Assembly: GCA_947502975.1 (NCBI GenBank)
Contig: CANNBV010000002.1
Coordinates: 685,251-749,250, forward strand
DNA: 64,000 nucleotides
Reading direction: 5' to 3'
Source: an uncultured Flavobacteriaceae bacterium
GTDB taxonomy: Bacteria > Bacteroidota > Bacteroidia > Flavobacteriales > Flavobacteriaceae
Shown: positions 7,426 through 16,246 of the stretch, one piece after another
How the letters are laid out: each line of letters begins with the position of its first letter
Position numbering within the stretch: the first letter of the stretch is position 1
The notes under the pieces: generated by a model
Database searches by the model: none
Seen by the model: only the letters and a program-made list of their open reading frames with translations
Told to the model about the DNA's origin: nothing
Translations under genes and position numbers: made by a program

Positions 7426-8730
7426 TTGAAAAACTTAATTAGTTATATTAATAACAAAGTATTAGTAAAAGTTGGTTCTTTAAAAACCGCTGCTGTTTTT
7501 ACTCGTATTATTGCTGGTTTACTGACTTCAAAAGCTATAGCTGTTATTATTGGAGCAGAAGGTTTAGCATTGGTTGGGAATCTAAGAAACTTTGTTGCTT
7601 CTGCCCAAACCTTAGCCACTCTTGGCTTTTATAAAGGTGTAGTTAAGTATGTAAATGAATTCAAGGATGATTTAGTACGGCTTAGTAAAACACTTTCAAC
7701 TGTTTACTACATTGGGTTTATAACTACAATTCTGGTTTCTTTTTTCTGCTATTTTAAGGCAGAAACTATAAATGAGCTTATTTTCCCCACATACAATAAT
7801 TATGTCTACATCATAAAGATTTTCGCAATTGTATTGCCTTTTTATGCTTTAAATATGTTTGCTTTTTCGATTATGAATGGCTTTTCTAAGTATAAAATAC
7901 TTATTATTATTAACATAATTGGGCAGATTTTAAGTTTGTGTGTAGCACTTTTACTAATCTATCAGAAAAATTTAGATGGTGCTTTAATTTCAGTTGCTAT
8001 TTCTGAATCTCTTATTTTCTTAATAACGTTGGTTGGAATTATTAATAGAAAGAGTTTAGTGCCATTAATAAGTGTTAATCATGTAAGCTTAAAATTCTTA
8101 AAGAAACTTAGTCCTTACACAGGAATGGCTTTATTTTCAGCTATAATTTTACCTTTAGTTGTTTTAGCCATTCGCTCGCATATAATAGATACAATAGGAT
8201 ACAGAGATGCTGGGTTTTGGGAAGCAATGTTGCGCATTTCTAAGTATTATTTAATGATGGTTAGTTCGTTACTTGGGTTATACATTATCCCCAGATTTTC
8301 CGAAATAAATGACATTAAAGAATTTAAACGCGAAGTATTTTCTCTGTACAAAACTGTAATTCCCTATTTTGCAGCAGGATTATTGATAATCTACCTATTA
8401 AGACCATTCATAGTTTGGGCTGTTTTTACAGAAGAGTTTCAGCCTGTTGAAGATTTGTTTTTATGGCAAATTTTAGGTGATTTTGTAAAAGTACTTTCTA
8501 TGATTATTGCATATCAGTTTTTAGCAAAAAAAATGTTTTGGCATTATGTAATAACCGAAGCATTTTTAGTCATAATCTTATATACCACAAGTATTTACTT
8601 TATTAAAATTTATGGTGTTAAAGGTGCTGTAATTGGTCATTTTGTTAGTTATTTGATGTATTATGGTGTCATCTTGCTTATTTTTGGGAGTTCACTTTTT
8701 GGGGTGGAGTCTGATAAAACTATTAAATAG
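7426..8730 (+). CDS. Wzx-like polysaccharide/O-antigen flippase (MOP superfamily), paralog 1, TTG start
   Basis: 434 aa, about 12 TM. The N-terminus KAIAVIIGAEGLALVGNLRNF...GVVKYV is typical of WzxE-like translocases. There is no in-frame ATG near the 5' end. Confidence 0.7.
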   Translation: MKNLISYINNKVLVKVGSLKTAAVFTRIIAGLLTSKAIAVIIGAEGLALVGNLRNFVASAQTLATLGFYKGVVKYVNEFKDDLVRLSKTLSTVYYIGFITTILVSFFCYFKAETINELIFPTYNNYVYIIKIFAIVLPFYALNMFAFSIMNGFSKYKILIIINIIGQILSLCVALLLIYQKNLDGALISVAISESLIFLITLVGIINRKSLVPLISVNHVSLKFLKKLSPYTGMALFSAIILPLVVLAIRSHIIDTIGYRDAGFWEAMLRISKYYLMMVSSLLGLYIIPRFSEINDIKEFKREVFSLYKTVIPYFAAGLLIIYLLRPFIVWAVFTEEFQPVEDLFLWQILGDFVKVLSMIIAYQFLAKKMFWHYVITEAFLVIILYTTSIYFIKIYGVKGAVIGHFVSYLMYYGVILLIFGSSLFGVESDKTIK

Positions 8731-10019
8731 TGCTAAAAAAGCTTCTTGAAAACTCATTTGTAAAAGTAGTGTCTTACAATGGCTTTATTGTTTTTGGTAA
8801 GGTGATAGCGTCTTTTATAGTCTCAAAGGTTAGTGCAATTTATTTAGGACCCAGTGGATATGCCGTTATTGGGAACCTAAGGAATTTGTTACAAGGAATT
8901 TTAGGTATTACTGCAACAGGTTTTAGTAGTGGCATTGTTAAATATGTGGCAGAAAACAAAGCTGATAACAAGCAGTTTCGTTTGGTTGTATCTTCAGCCA
9001 TTACTTTAAGCTTGTGTTTTTCAATTATTCTTGGAACACTATTATTTATTTTCTCTAATTTTTTAGGAGAAAAAGTATTATTAGGTGTAGAATGGTCCTA
9101 TATCATCAAATCCTTTGCCTTTTTACTTCCAATAGCTTCTCTCAGTTTTCTTGTTGTTTATATTGTCAATGGGCTTCAAAACTTTAAATTGTACACAGCT
9201 CTTGTAACAATAGCCAATGCATTAAATGCTCTGGTTACATTTATATTAATATATTTTTTTAATTTAAAAGGGGCGCTTTTAGCTACTTTTATTGTACCAA
9301 CATTGAGTTTTTTCTCAAGCTTAGTGTTCAGTGATGTTAGAAATTTTCTTAGTAGTGTTTTTGATTACACAAAAAATATATCGATTCATTTTATAAAATC
9401 TATAGGAACATACGTAGCTATGGCTACTTATTCGGCTATTTTAATTAGTATCTCTTATCTTTTGATTAGAAATAAAATTATTTCATATTTGGATATAACA
9501 ACTGCTGGATTGTGGGAAGCAATGAATAAAATTTCATCATTTTATATGATGTTTTTCTCTTCTTTATTCACATTATATTTATTACCTAAATTGGTAGAAA
9601 ATCAAACGAATTCAGGATATTATTCAATTATGAGATCTTATTTTAAATATCTAATTCCACTAACTATTGTTATGTTTTTGATATTGTTTTTTTTGAAAGA
9701 GGTTATCATAAAACTATTTCTAACACAAGAGTTTGTAAGTATAGAACAGTTTTTTCATCTGCAATTGATAGGCGATTTTTTAAAAATTATAGCTTTTTCA
9801 TTAGCTTATCAATTTCATGCTAAAAAAATGGTGAAATTTTATCTAATTTCTGATACTATTTTATATGTCACGTTTTATGTATTGAGTTTATACTTAATAA
9901 ATATATATACTGTACATGGAGTATTTTATGCGTATGTATTAAGTATATTTTTATATTTAGTAGTAGTTATTCTTTCGGTGTATTTTAACAACTCTAAATA
10001 TTTAAAAGCTAATGTTTAA
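8730..10019 (+). CDS. Wzx-like flippase, paralog 2, GTG start overlapping the upstream stop (TAGTG)
   Basis: 429 aa with the same architecture and shared blocks (SKVSAIYLGPSGYAVIGNLRNL...GIVKYV, GLWEAMNKIS, YQFHAKKM) as the upstream gene. Confidence 0.7.
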   Translation: MLKKLLENSFVKVVSYNGFIVFGKVIASFIVSKVSAIYLGPSGYAVIGNLRNLLQGILGITATGFSSGIVKYVAENKADNKQFRLVVSSAITLSLCFSIILGTLLFIFSNFLGEKVLLGVEWSYIIKSFAFLLPIASLSFLVVYIVNGLQNFKLYTALVTIANALNALVTFILIYFFNLKGALLATFIVPTLSFFSSLVFSDVRNFLSSVFDYTKNISIHFIKSIGTYVAMATYSAILISISYLLIRNKIISYLDITTAGLWEAMNKISSFYMMFFSSLFTLYLLPKLVENQTNSGYYSIMRSYFKYLIPLTIVMFLILFFLKEVIIKLFLTQEFVSIEQFFHLQLIGDFLKIIAFSLAYQFHAKKMVKFYLISDTILYVTFYVLSLYLINIYTVHGVFYAYVLSIFLYLVVVILSVYFNNSKYLKANV

Positions 10020-11565
10020 AAGAATTAAAGGCATACTAGTTTTAGCTTTTCCGTTAGTGCTCAAATATATTTTTCTGCTTTGTTTTATAGATTGGGTTCT
10101 ATTAGATGTTCAAGATCTAGTAGAAGATATTTTTTTCTTTATTATTATACTATTACTCATAAACAGTGGTATTAAAAGAAATCATTTATTAAAAAATATT
10201 CTATTCTTTATTTATCTGTTTTATTTGGTGTTAGAGACTACATCATATATGGCAGTATCATCAAATTTCTCCTCATCTTTTATGTATTTACTATTAGGAT
10301 CAAATCCTGATGAAATGAAGGAGTTTTCTAGTTCTTATATAAATTTTTCAATAGTTTTATTTATAATTATAACGACTCTTTTCTTTTTTAAGATCAGAAA
10401 ATTAAGCTTTAAAAATTATTTTAAGCATCGTAATGTAATTGCAGTTTTTGGGACTGTAATTATAGTTTTTATATTGAAATTCACAGGACTTATTGAGAGT
10501 AATGCGTACCATAATATAGTTAGAGGAGCTTATGGTTATATAGACTTACAGAGCAGCATTAAATTTAGTAATGATGTTAAAAAACACGATATTAATATAA
10601 CATCAAATAACGAAGTTTTGGTTGTTGTTTTAGGAGAATCTACAGCTAGAAAACATATGCAAATTTATGGATATGATAGAGAGACTACCCCAAAACTAAA
10701 TGCAATAAAAAACAATCTTTATGTTTTTAATAATGTAATTTCTACTGATGTATTTACATTAAAATCTATTCCTAAAATTATAACATCAATAGATATTGAA
10801 TCTAATAAAGAATCTAATGTTCATTTGGTAGAATTATTTAATGCTGCAGGATATGATACTTATTGGTTATCTAACCAAAGACCTATAAGTTATCATGATA
10901 ATGTAAGTAGTAAAATAGCATCTGCCTCAACATGGTTTAAATTTTATAATCATTTAAAAGAGAAACATGCCTTAGTTTTAGATGAGGTTTTAATCCCAGA
11001 TTATGAAGAGATTTTAAAAAAATCAGGCAAAAAAGTGATTTTTATTAGGCTTATAGGAACACATTTTGATTACAATAAGCGCTATCCAGAAGCTTACAAT
11101 AAATTTGTATTAAATAGTGAAGGGGTTTCTAAAAAAGAACTATTGAATAATCAATATGATAACGCAGTACTCTATAATGATTACATCGTTTTTAAATTGA
11201 TAGAATTGTTAAATAAACAACACAAGAAAAGTGCTTTATTATATGTCTCTGACCATGGTGAAAATATTTATGATGGCACTGATTTTTTTGGACGCTCAGA
11301 AGAGATTATAACAAAAAGTATGTTCGAGATCCCTTTTATATTTTGGGCTTCAAAAGATTTTGAGTACCCTAAAGACTTTGTTTATGAGCCTAGCAGAAAG
11401 TTTATGGCAGACCATACTTTTGAGAGTATTGGACATGTTTTTGGTCTAGAACATAAAAGTATGAATTCTCAGAGAAGCATTTTTAGTAACTCGTTTCAAA
11501 AGAGAGATAGAATAGTTATAGATAAATTTAATTTTGATACATATTTCAAAATAGAAAATGAGTAA
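10012..11565 (+). CDS. Phosphoethanolamine transferase (EptA/sulfatase family)
   Basis: 517 aa with an N-terminal 5-TM domain plus an alkaline-phosphatase-type domain. The motifs VVVLGESTARKHMQIYGYDRETTPKL and SDHGEN are present. Confidence 0.72.
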   Translation: MFKRIKGILVLAFPLVLKYIFLLCFIDWVLLDVQDLVEDIFFFIIILLLINSGIKRNHLLKNILFFIYLFYLVLETTSYMAVSSNFSSSFMYLLLGSNPDEMKEFSSSYINFSIVLFIIITTLFFFKIRKLSFKNYFKHRNVIAVFGTVIIVFILKFTGLIESNAYHNIVRGAYGYIDLQSSIKFSNDVKKHDINITSNNEVLVVVLGESTARKHMQIYGYDRETTPKLNAIKNNLYVFNNVISTDVFTLKSIPKIITSIDIESNKESNVHLVELFNAAGYDTYWLSNQRPISYHDNVSSKIASASTWFKFYNHLKEKHALVLDEVLIPDYEEILKKSGKKVIFIRLIGTHFDYNKRYPEAYNKFVLNSEGVSKKELLNNQYDNAVLYNDYIVFKLIELLNKQHKKSALLYVSDHGENIYDGTDFFGRSEEIITKSMFEIPFIFWASKDFEYPKDFVYEPSRKFMADHTFESIGHVFGLEHKSMNSQRSIFSNSFQKRDRIVIDKFNFDTYFKIENE

Positions 11566-12634
11566 AAAGATATGTTTATTAGTTTCTAGCTTAAGTTCAG
11601 GAGGAGCAGAAAAAGTGGCTGCTAATATGTCTATATCTTTAAGTAAAAGAGGTTATGATGTTACTGTTTTTTCCATGCAAAATAATATAACTTATAGTTA
11701 TAAAGGGTTTCTGTTTAATTTTGGATTAGTTAAAGAAAAATATGGAAAGTTTAAAGCTCTTTTTAGACTAATAAGTTTTTTTAATGATAATAAATTTGAT
11801 GTTATAATTGATCATCGGTTAAGGGATAAATACATTAAGGAGTTGGTGTTCTCTAAATTTATTTTTCGAAAGTTTAATATTATTTATTGTATTCATAATT
11901 ATCATTTACAGTATTACTTTTCGTTTTTAAAATCACCTTGGTTGGCAAAACTACCTCATGTTAAAAAGCATAGTTTTATTGCGGTATGTAATGAAATAAG
12001 ATATCATTTAAAGGAAAAACTTAATATTAACAGCAAAACCATTTATAACTTTATTGATGATTCCCAATTACCATTAAAGACGAATAATGGTATTGAGGTA
12101 CCTGAAAACTTTATAATTGGTGTTGGTAGGTTAACAGAAGTAAAACAGTTTGATGTACTTATTGAGAGTTATAAGCAATCAAAGTTACCACAACATAAAA
12201 TTAAACTTTTAATTTTGGGGGATGGTCCAGAAAGGAATTATTTACAAGATTTAATTGATAATTCGAGTTGTAGAAGACTAATAGAATTAAAAGGTTTTGT
12301 GGAACATCCATACATTTTAATACAAAAAGCTAAAGCTTTGGTATTATCAAGTAAGTTTGAAGGATTTCCTATGGTTTTACTTGAAGCGCTAAACTTAAGT
12401 ACACCATTGATAGCTTATAATTGTAATAGTGGCCCCAGTGAAATTATTAAACACAATATAAATGGGGTATTAGTTGAGAATCAAAATAAAATTGAATTGA
12501 CAGCTGCGTTAAATACCTTATTAGATGATGTGTTTTATGAAAAAATTAAAGCTAATAGCACTATAGGTTTAGAAGTGTTTTCAGAAGAAACTATTATTCA
12601 AGAATGGGAAAATATTTTTAGAAACCACAAGTAA
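11558..12634 (+). CDS. Glycosyltransferase family 4 (GT-B)
   Basis: 358 aa with SSGGAEKV near the N-terminus and the EX7E region FEGFPMVLLEAL. Confidence 0.8.
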   Translation: MSKKICLLVSSLSSGGAEKVAANMSISLSKRGYDVTVFSMQNNITYSYKGFLFNFGLVKEKYGKFKALFRLISFFNDNKFDVIIDHRLRDKYIKELVFSKFIFRKFNIIYCIHNYHLQYYFSFLKSPWLAKLPHVKKHSFIAVCNEIRYHLKEKLNINSKTIYNFIDDSQLPLKTNNGIEVPENFIIGVGRLTEVKQFDVLIESYKQSKLPQHKIKLLILGDGPERNYLQDLIDNSSCRRLIELKGFVEHPYILIQKAKALVLSSKFEGFPMVLLEALNLSTPLIAYNCNSGPSEIIKHNINGVLVENQNKIELTAALNTLLDDVFYEKIKANSTIGLEVFSEETIIQEWENIFRNHK

Positions 12635-13521
12635 ATATGTTTTGAGTAATAAAAAAGTATAGTTGGTATTGTAAACTTAATTTTCTGAATAAAAGATAAA
12701 TTTGAGATTTCAATTTTAGCTTTAAATTTTTTAACTAACTTTCTATTTCTCTCCATTTTGTATAATACCACAAGCTTAAAATATATAAAATCAATATATG
12801 GTTTTAGGGTTTTATAGTTCTCGTTTGTTAAGTATTTTGTGTAATTTGGAATAACTCTATCTATTTTAGTATTTGGAGATGTTAGCTGATCTTCTATACC
12901 TTTTAAATAGTAGACCTTATTTTCGTTGTAGTGCACTAATTTATACTTACTAAAACAGCGAATAAAAAAATCTTCTTCTTCTCCATAATTAATACTTTCA
13001 TCATAGTAACCTATATTATCAAAAACTTGATGGTTGATTACGACACTACTATTAGAAAAAAGATTTTTTTTGAATTGAAAATAATTCGAAATTAGTGTTG
13101 TTTTTTTTGAGCTATAAGTTGTTTGGGAAAGGTCAAATTTTTGTTTTGGTTTTAAAATAGCTGATTTAGTTGAGTAGACTCCAGCTTCTTCTTCATTTTT
13201 AATAAGTTTACTAATTACCAACAAATAATCTTCAGACCACAAATCATCAGCATCTAAAAAGGCAATATAATCGTACTTAGCCGCTTTTATGCCTGTATTT
13301 CTGGCTGCCGATAAGCCTTTGTTTTGTTGGTTAATTATTTGGATACGATAATCAGAAATACTATTTACTACTTTTAAGCTATTATCTGTACTACCATCAT
13401 TTACGATAATTATTTCAAAGGTTGAATGGATTTGGTGTATAACACTGTTAAGCGTAGCTTTTATATACTTTTCTTTGTTGTATAGTGGTATTATAACAGA
13501 AAAAACAGGAGCGTTATTCAT
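12598..13521 (-). CDS. Glycosyltransferase family 2
   Basis: 307 aa with FSVIIPLYNKEKYI, NDGSTD and FLDADD motifs. Confidence 0.85.
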   Translation of the reverse strand: MNNAPVFSVIIPLYNKEKYIKATLNSVIHQIHSTFEIIIVNDGSTDNSLKVVNSISDYRIQIINQQNKGLSAARNTGIKAAKYDYIAFLDADDLWSEDYLLVISKLIKNEEEAGVYSTKSAILKPKQKFDLSQTTYSSKKTTLISNYFQFKKNLFSNSSVVINHQVFDNIGYYDESINYGEEEDFFIRCFSKYKLVHYNENKVYYLKGIEDQLTSPNTKIDRVIPNYTKYLTNENYKTLKPYIDFIYFKLVVLYKMERNRKLVKKFKAKIEISNLSFIQKIKFTIPTILFYYSKHIYLWFLKIFSHS

Positions 13522-13524
13522 GTT

Positions 13525-14415
13525 TTAAGAATTTAAATCCTTATGGCACATATAGGACAATCTGTAAAGCTGAAGAATATATACAATTGGAGTTTTCCCC
13601 AACAAATTTTTTTTTAAAATAGCATTGAAAGCAATGTAAAAATAGTTGAAGAAATAATTGAGCTTATACTTTTTAAGAAAAACAAACCAAATTAATAAAT
13701 TGTTAGTATGATTTGGTAATTTGTTTTCCCTATTTAATTTAATTAAGGTCTCAGAAGCTAGTTCTTTTTTTGTCAAATAAATTTCACTTCTTTCTAAGCC
13801 CAAATGCGTTACAGCATTATTTATATGCAACACATTTATTTTGTTATTTTTCAATAGGCTACCAAAATAATTGTCAAGCCCATACATGTTACCTAGCATA
13901 TGATGATTTATAGATAGAAAAACTCCTTTTTTAATGAGCATATTACCAGAAATAATTACTTTATAAGGATTTCTATTTCTAATACTTGCATCTACCTGTT
14001 CACAGGACTTTCCGTATTTCCATCTTAGTAGCATATCTTTTTCGGGTACTTTCCTTTGATATGCATAACCTCCAAATATAGATTGATAATTAGTATGTAT
14101 GTGTCCTAGATAATTTGATATAAAATTTTCATTTGCAGGTAAAGTATCAGCATCAATAAAAAGTAAATTATCATACTTAGCGTGTTTTGCCAAAACATTT
14201 CTTAATGCAGTTCTACCTATATTTTTATCTAATGCTTGAAATACACTGTTCCTAAATTCATTTATGGCATTATTTTTTTTGCTTAATTCAGAGTTAGAGC
14301 CGTCGTCAAAAACCAAAATTTCAAAGACAATATCGCTATTTACACATTGTTTGTGTATTGACTTCACTAAAGGTAAAGTGTCGTAATTAAAAGTTGGTAT
14401 TAAAATAGATAACAT
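13525..14415 (-). CDS. Glycosyltransferase family 2
   Basis: 296 aa with LSILIPTFNYD, FDDGSN and FIDADT motifs. Confidence 0.8.
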   Translation of the reverse strand: MLSILIPTFNYDTLPLVKSIHKQCVNSDIVFEILVFDDGSNSELSKKNNAINEFRNSVFQALDKNIGRTALRNVLAKHAKYDNLLFIDADTLPANENFISNYLGHIHTNYQSIFGGYAYQRKVPEKDMLLRWKYGKSCEQVDASIRNRNPYKVIISGNMLIKKGVFLSINHHMLGNMYGLDNYFGSLLKNNKINVLHINNAVTHLGLERSEIYLTKKELASETLIKLNRENKLPNHTNNLLIWFVFLKKYKLNYFFNYFYIAFNAILKKNLLGKTPIVYILQLYRLSYMCHKDLNS

Positions 14416-14511
14416 ATCTGATTTTTAATAAAATCAAAAATACATTTTTAAGATGAATAACTCTTTTTATTTAAATGTTTAAATTGTATATATTATGCCT
14501 AATATTGTAAA

Positions 14512-15342
14512 ATGCAATCAACTATAGATCGAAAAAAAATTGCTGATTTAATTTTAGATAAAATAAGCCATCAGAAAAGTAACCTGAAAAAAGCTTATAA
14601 TGAAACTAAGTCTAAAATAGGTTGTTTCTATATTGACGATTTGTTTCCAGAAGAATTAGCTAATGCTTGTTTTGAATTATTTCCTAAACAGGATGAGATG
14701 CGCTGCCTAAAAAGTATAAGGGAATACAAATATATATCTGCTCAAATGGATAAGCATAACCCATTGTTAGAAGAAGTGCTTTATGCTTTTCAAGACGAAA
14801 GAATCATAAAAATAATAAGTGAAATTTGTGATATAAAGTCTTTATATGCAGATGAATCTCTATATGCAGGTGGACTTTCTTTAATGGCTGAAGATAATTT
14901 TTTAAACCCACACTTAGATAATTCTCATGATGCAGAAAGAGAGCGATGGCGTGTTTTAAATTTGTTATATTACGTTACGCCAAATTGGAAAAATGAAAAT
15001 GGCGGGCATTTAGAATTATGGCCAGATGGTCCGAAAAAAGAACCTTTAGTTATTGAAAGTATGTTTAATAGGTTAGCAGTAATGGCAACACACAGTACAT
15101 CATGGCACTCTGTTAATAAGGTTGTTGTAAACGATCAAAGACGCTGTATTTCTAACTATTATTTTAGCGATTACTCTTTAAAAGAAGATGATAAATTTCA
15201 TGTGACAAAATACCGGGGAAGACCAGAGGAAATACTAAAAAATATAGTGTTGGATTTTGATGCCAATTTAAGAATGTTAATTAGAAAAGTTTTTAAAAAA
15301 GGAATCAGAAAAAATCCTCATATCTACAAAAAACAAGACTAA
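14512..15342 (+). CDS. 2OG-Fe(II) oxygenase family protein
   Basis: 276 aa with the HxD motif (PHLDNSHD), a distal His (HSTSWHSV) and GGHLELW, as in prolyl-hydroxylase-like enzymes. Confidence 0.7.
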   Translation: MQSTIDRKKIADLILDKISHQKSNLKKAYNETKSKIGCFYIDDLFPEELANACFELFPKQDEMRCLKSIREYKYISAQMDKHNPLLEEVLYAFQDERIIKIISEICDIKSLYADESLYAGGLSLMAEDNFLNPHLDNSHDAERERWRVLNLLYYVTPNWKNENGGHLELWPDGPKKEPLVIESMFNRLAVMATHSTSWHSVNKVVVNDQRRCISNYYFSDYSLKEDDKFHVTKYRGRPEEILKNIVLDFDANLRMLIRKVFKKGIRKNPHIYKKQD

Positions 15343-16022
15343 CTCTTCCGCTGCACTACTTCATAAACCTGATTTTCATCGCACTTCAACGTTTTGCTAG
15401 GATACTTTAAAAGTAGTGCATAATCATGAGTTGCCATCAGTATAGTATTGCCATTTTTGTTGATCTCTTGTAATACCTCCATAACTTCAACACTGGTTTG
15501 CGGATCTAAATTCCCAGTAGGTTCATCTGCTAAAATTAACTCAGGGTTATTTAATAATGCCCTCGCAATAGCTATACGTTGTTGTTCTCCTCCCGAAAGC
15601 TCATGCGGGAATTTAAAACCTTTTGTTTTCATACCAACCTTAGTTAGTACCTCTTCAATACGATTATTAATTTCATCTTTATCTTTCCAGCCAGTTGCTT
15701 TTAAAACAAAAATCAGATTATCATTTACAGTTCTGTCAATCAGTAATTTAAAATCTTGAAATACTACTCCAAGTTTTCTTCTTAAGAAAGGAATATCTTT
15801 TTCTTTTAAGGTTTGTAAATTATAATCTACAATAGAGCCTTCCCCTTCTTTTAAAGGCAAATCGCCATAAAGCGTTTTCATAAAACTACTTTTTCCTGTC
15901 CCAGTCTTTCCAATTAGGTATACAAATTCCCCTTTGTTTATTTCAACATTAACGTTAGAAAGTACTAAACTTTCGCCTTGATAGATAGATGCATCCTTAA
16001 GCTGCAAAATGGTTTCAGACAT
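15339..16022 (-). CDS. ftsE: Cell-division ABC ATPase FtsE
   Basis: 227 aa with fully canonical Walker A GKTGTGKSS, signature LSGGEQQRIAIARAL, Walker B ILADEPTGNLD and H-loop ATHD. Confidence 0.85.
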   Translation of the reverse strand: MSETILQLKDASIYQGESLVLSNVNVEINKGEFVYLIGKTGTGKSSFMKTLYGDLPLKEGEGSIVDYNLQTLKEKDIPFLRRKLGVVFQDFKLLIDRTVNDNLIFVLKATGWKDKDEINNRIEEVLTKVGMKTKGFKFPHELSGGEQQRIAIARALLNNPELILADEPTGNLDPQTSVEVMEVLQEINKNGNTILMATHDYALLLKYPSKTLKCDENQVYEVVQRKS

Positions 16023-16209
16023 GAAAAATGAGTTTCAAAATACAAGTTTAAAGTTTAAAGTTTAATAGCGCAAACCATTAACAGTATTTCTTTTGTTTTA
16101 TTGCTTTACTACTCTGTTTTCTATATGTTACCTAAAATAGTTTTTTAACATTTAATAAGTTAGTTTATAATTCTAGCACGATTGTTGCGTTATAGGTTTG
16201 ATATTAAAT

Positions 16210-16217
16210 TATCTTTG
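16210..16217 (+). promoter_or_regulatory. -7 promoter box TATCTTTG for the TPR gene
   Basis: TAnnTTTG, 30 nt upstream of the ATG at 16247, followed by an A/C-rich leader AAACAAAAACCAAATACTAA. Confidence 0.5.
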
Positions 16218-16246
16218 AATTTCATCAAACAAAAACCAAATACTAA

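Noticed and set aside
16044-16064. (AAGTTTA)x3 tandem heptamer upstream of ftsE
   Set aside because: Only three units in an AT-rich promoter region. This is too short to distinguish from chance low complexity, and no related copy was seen.
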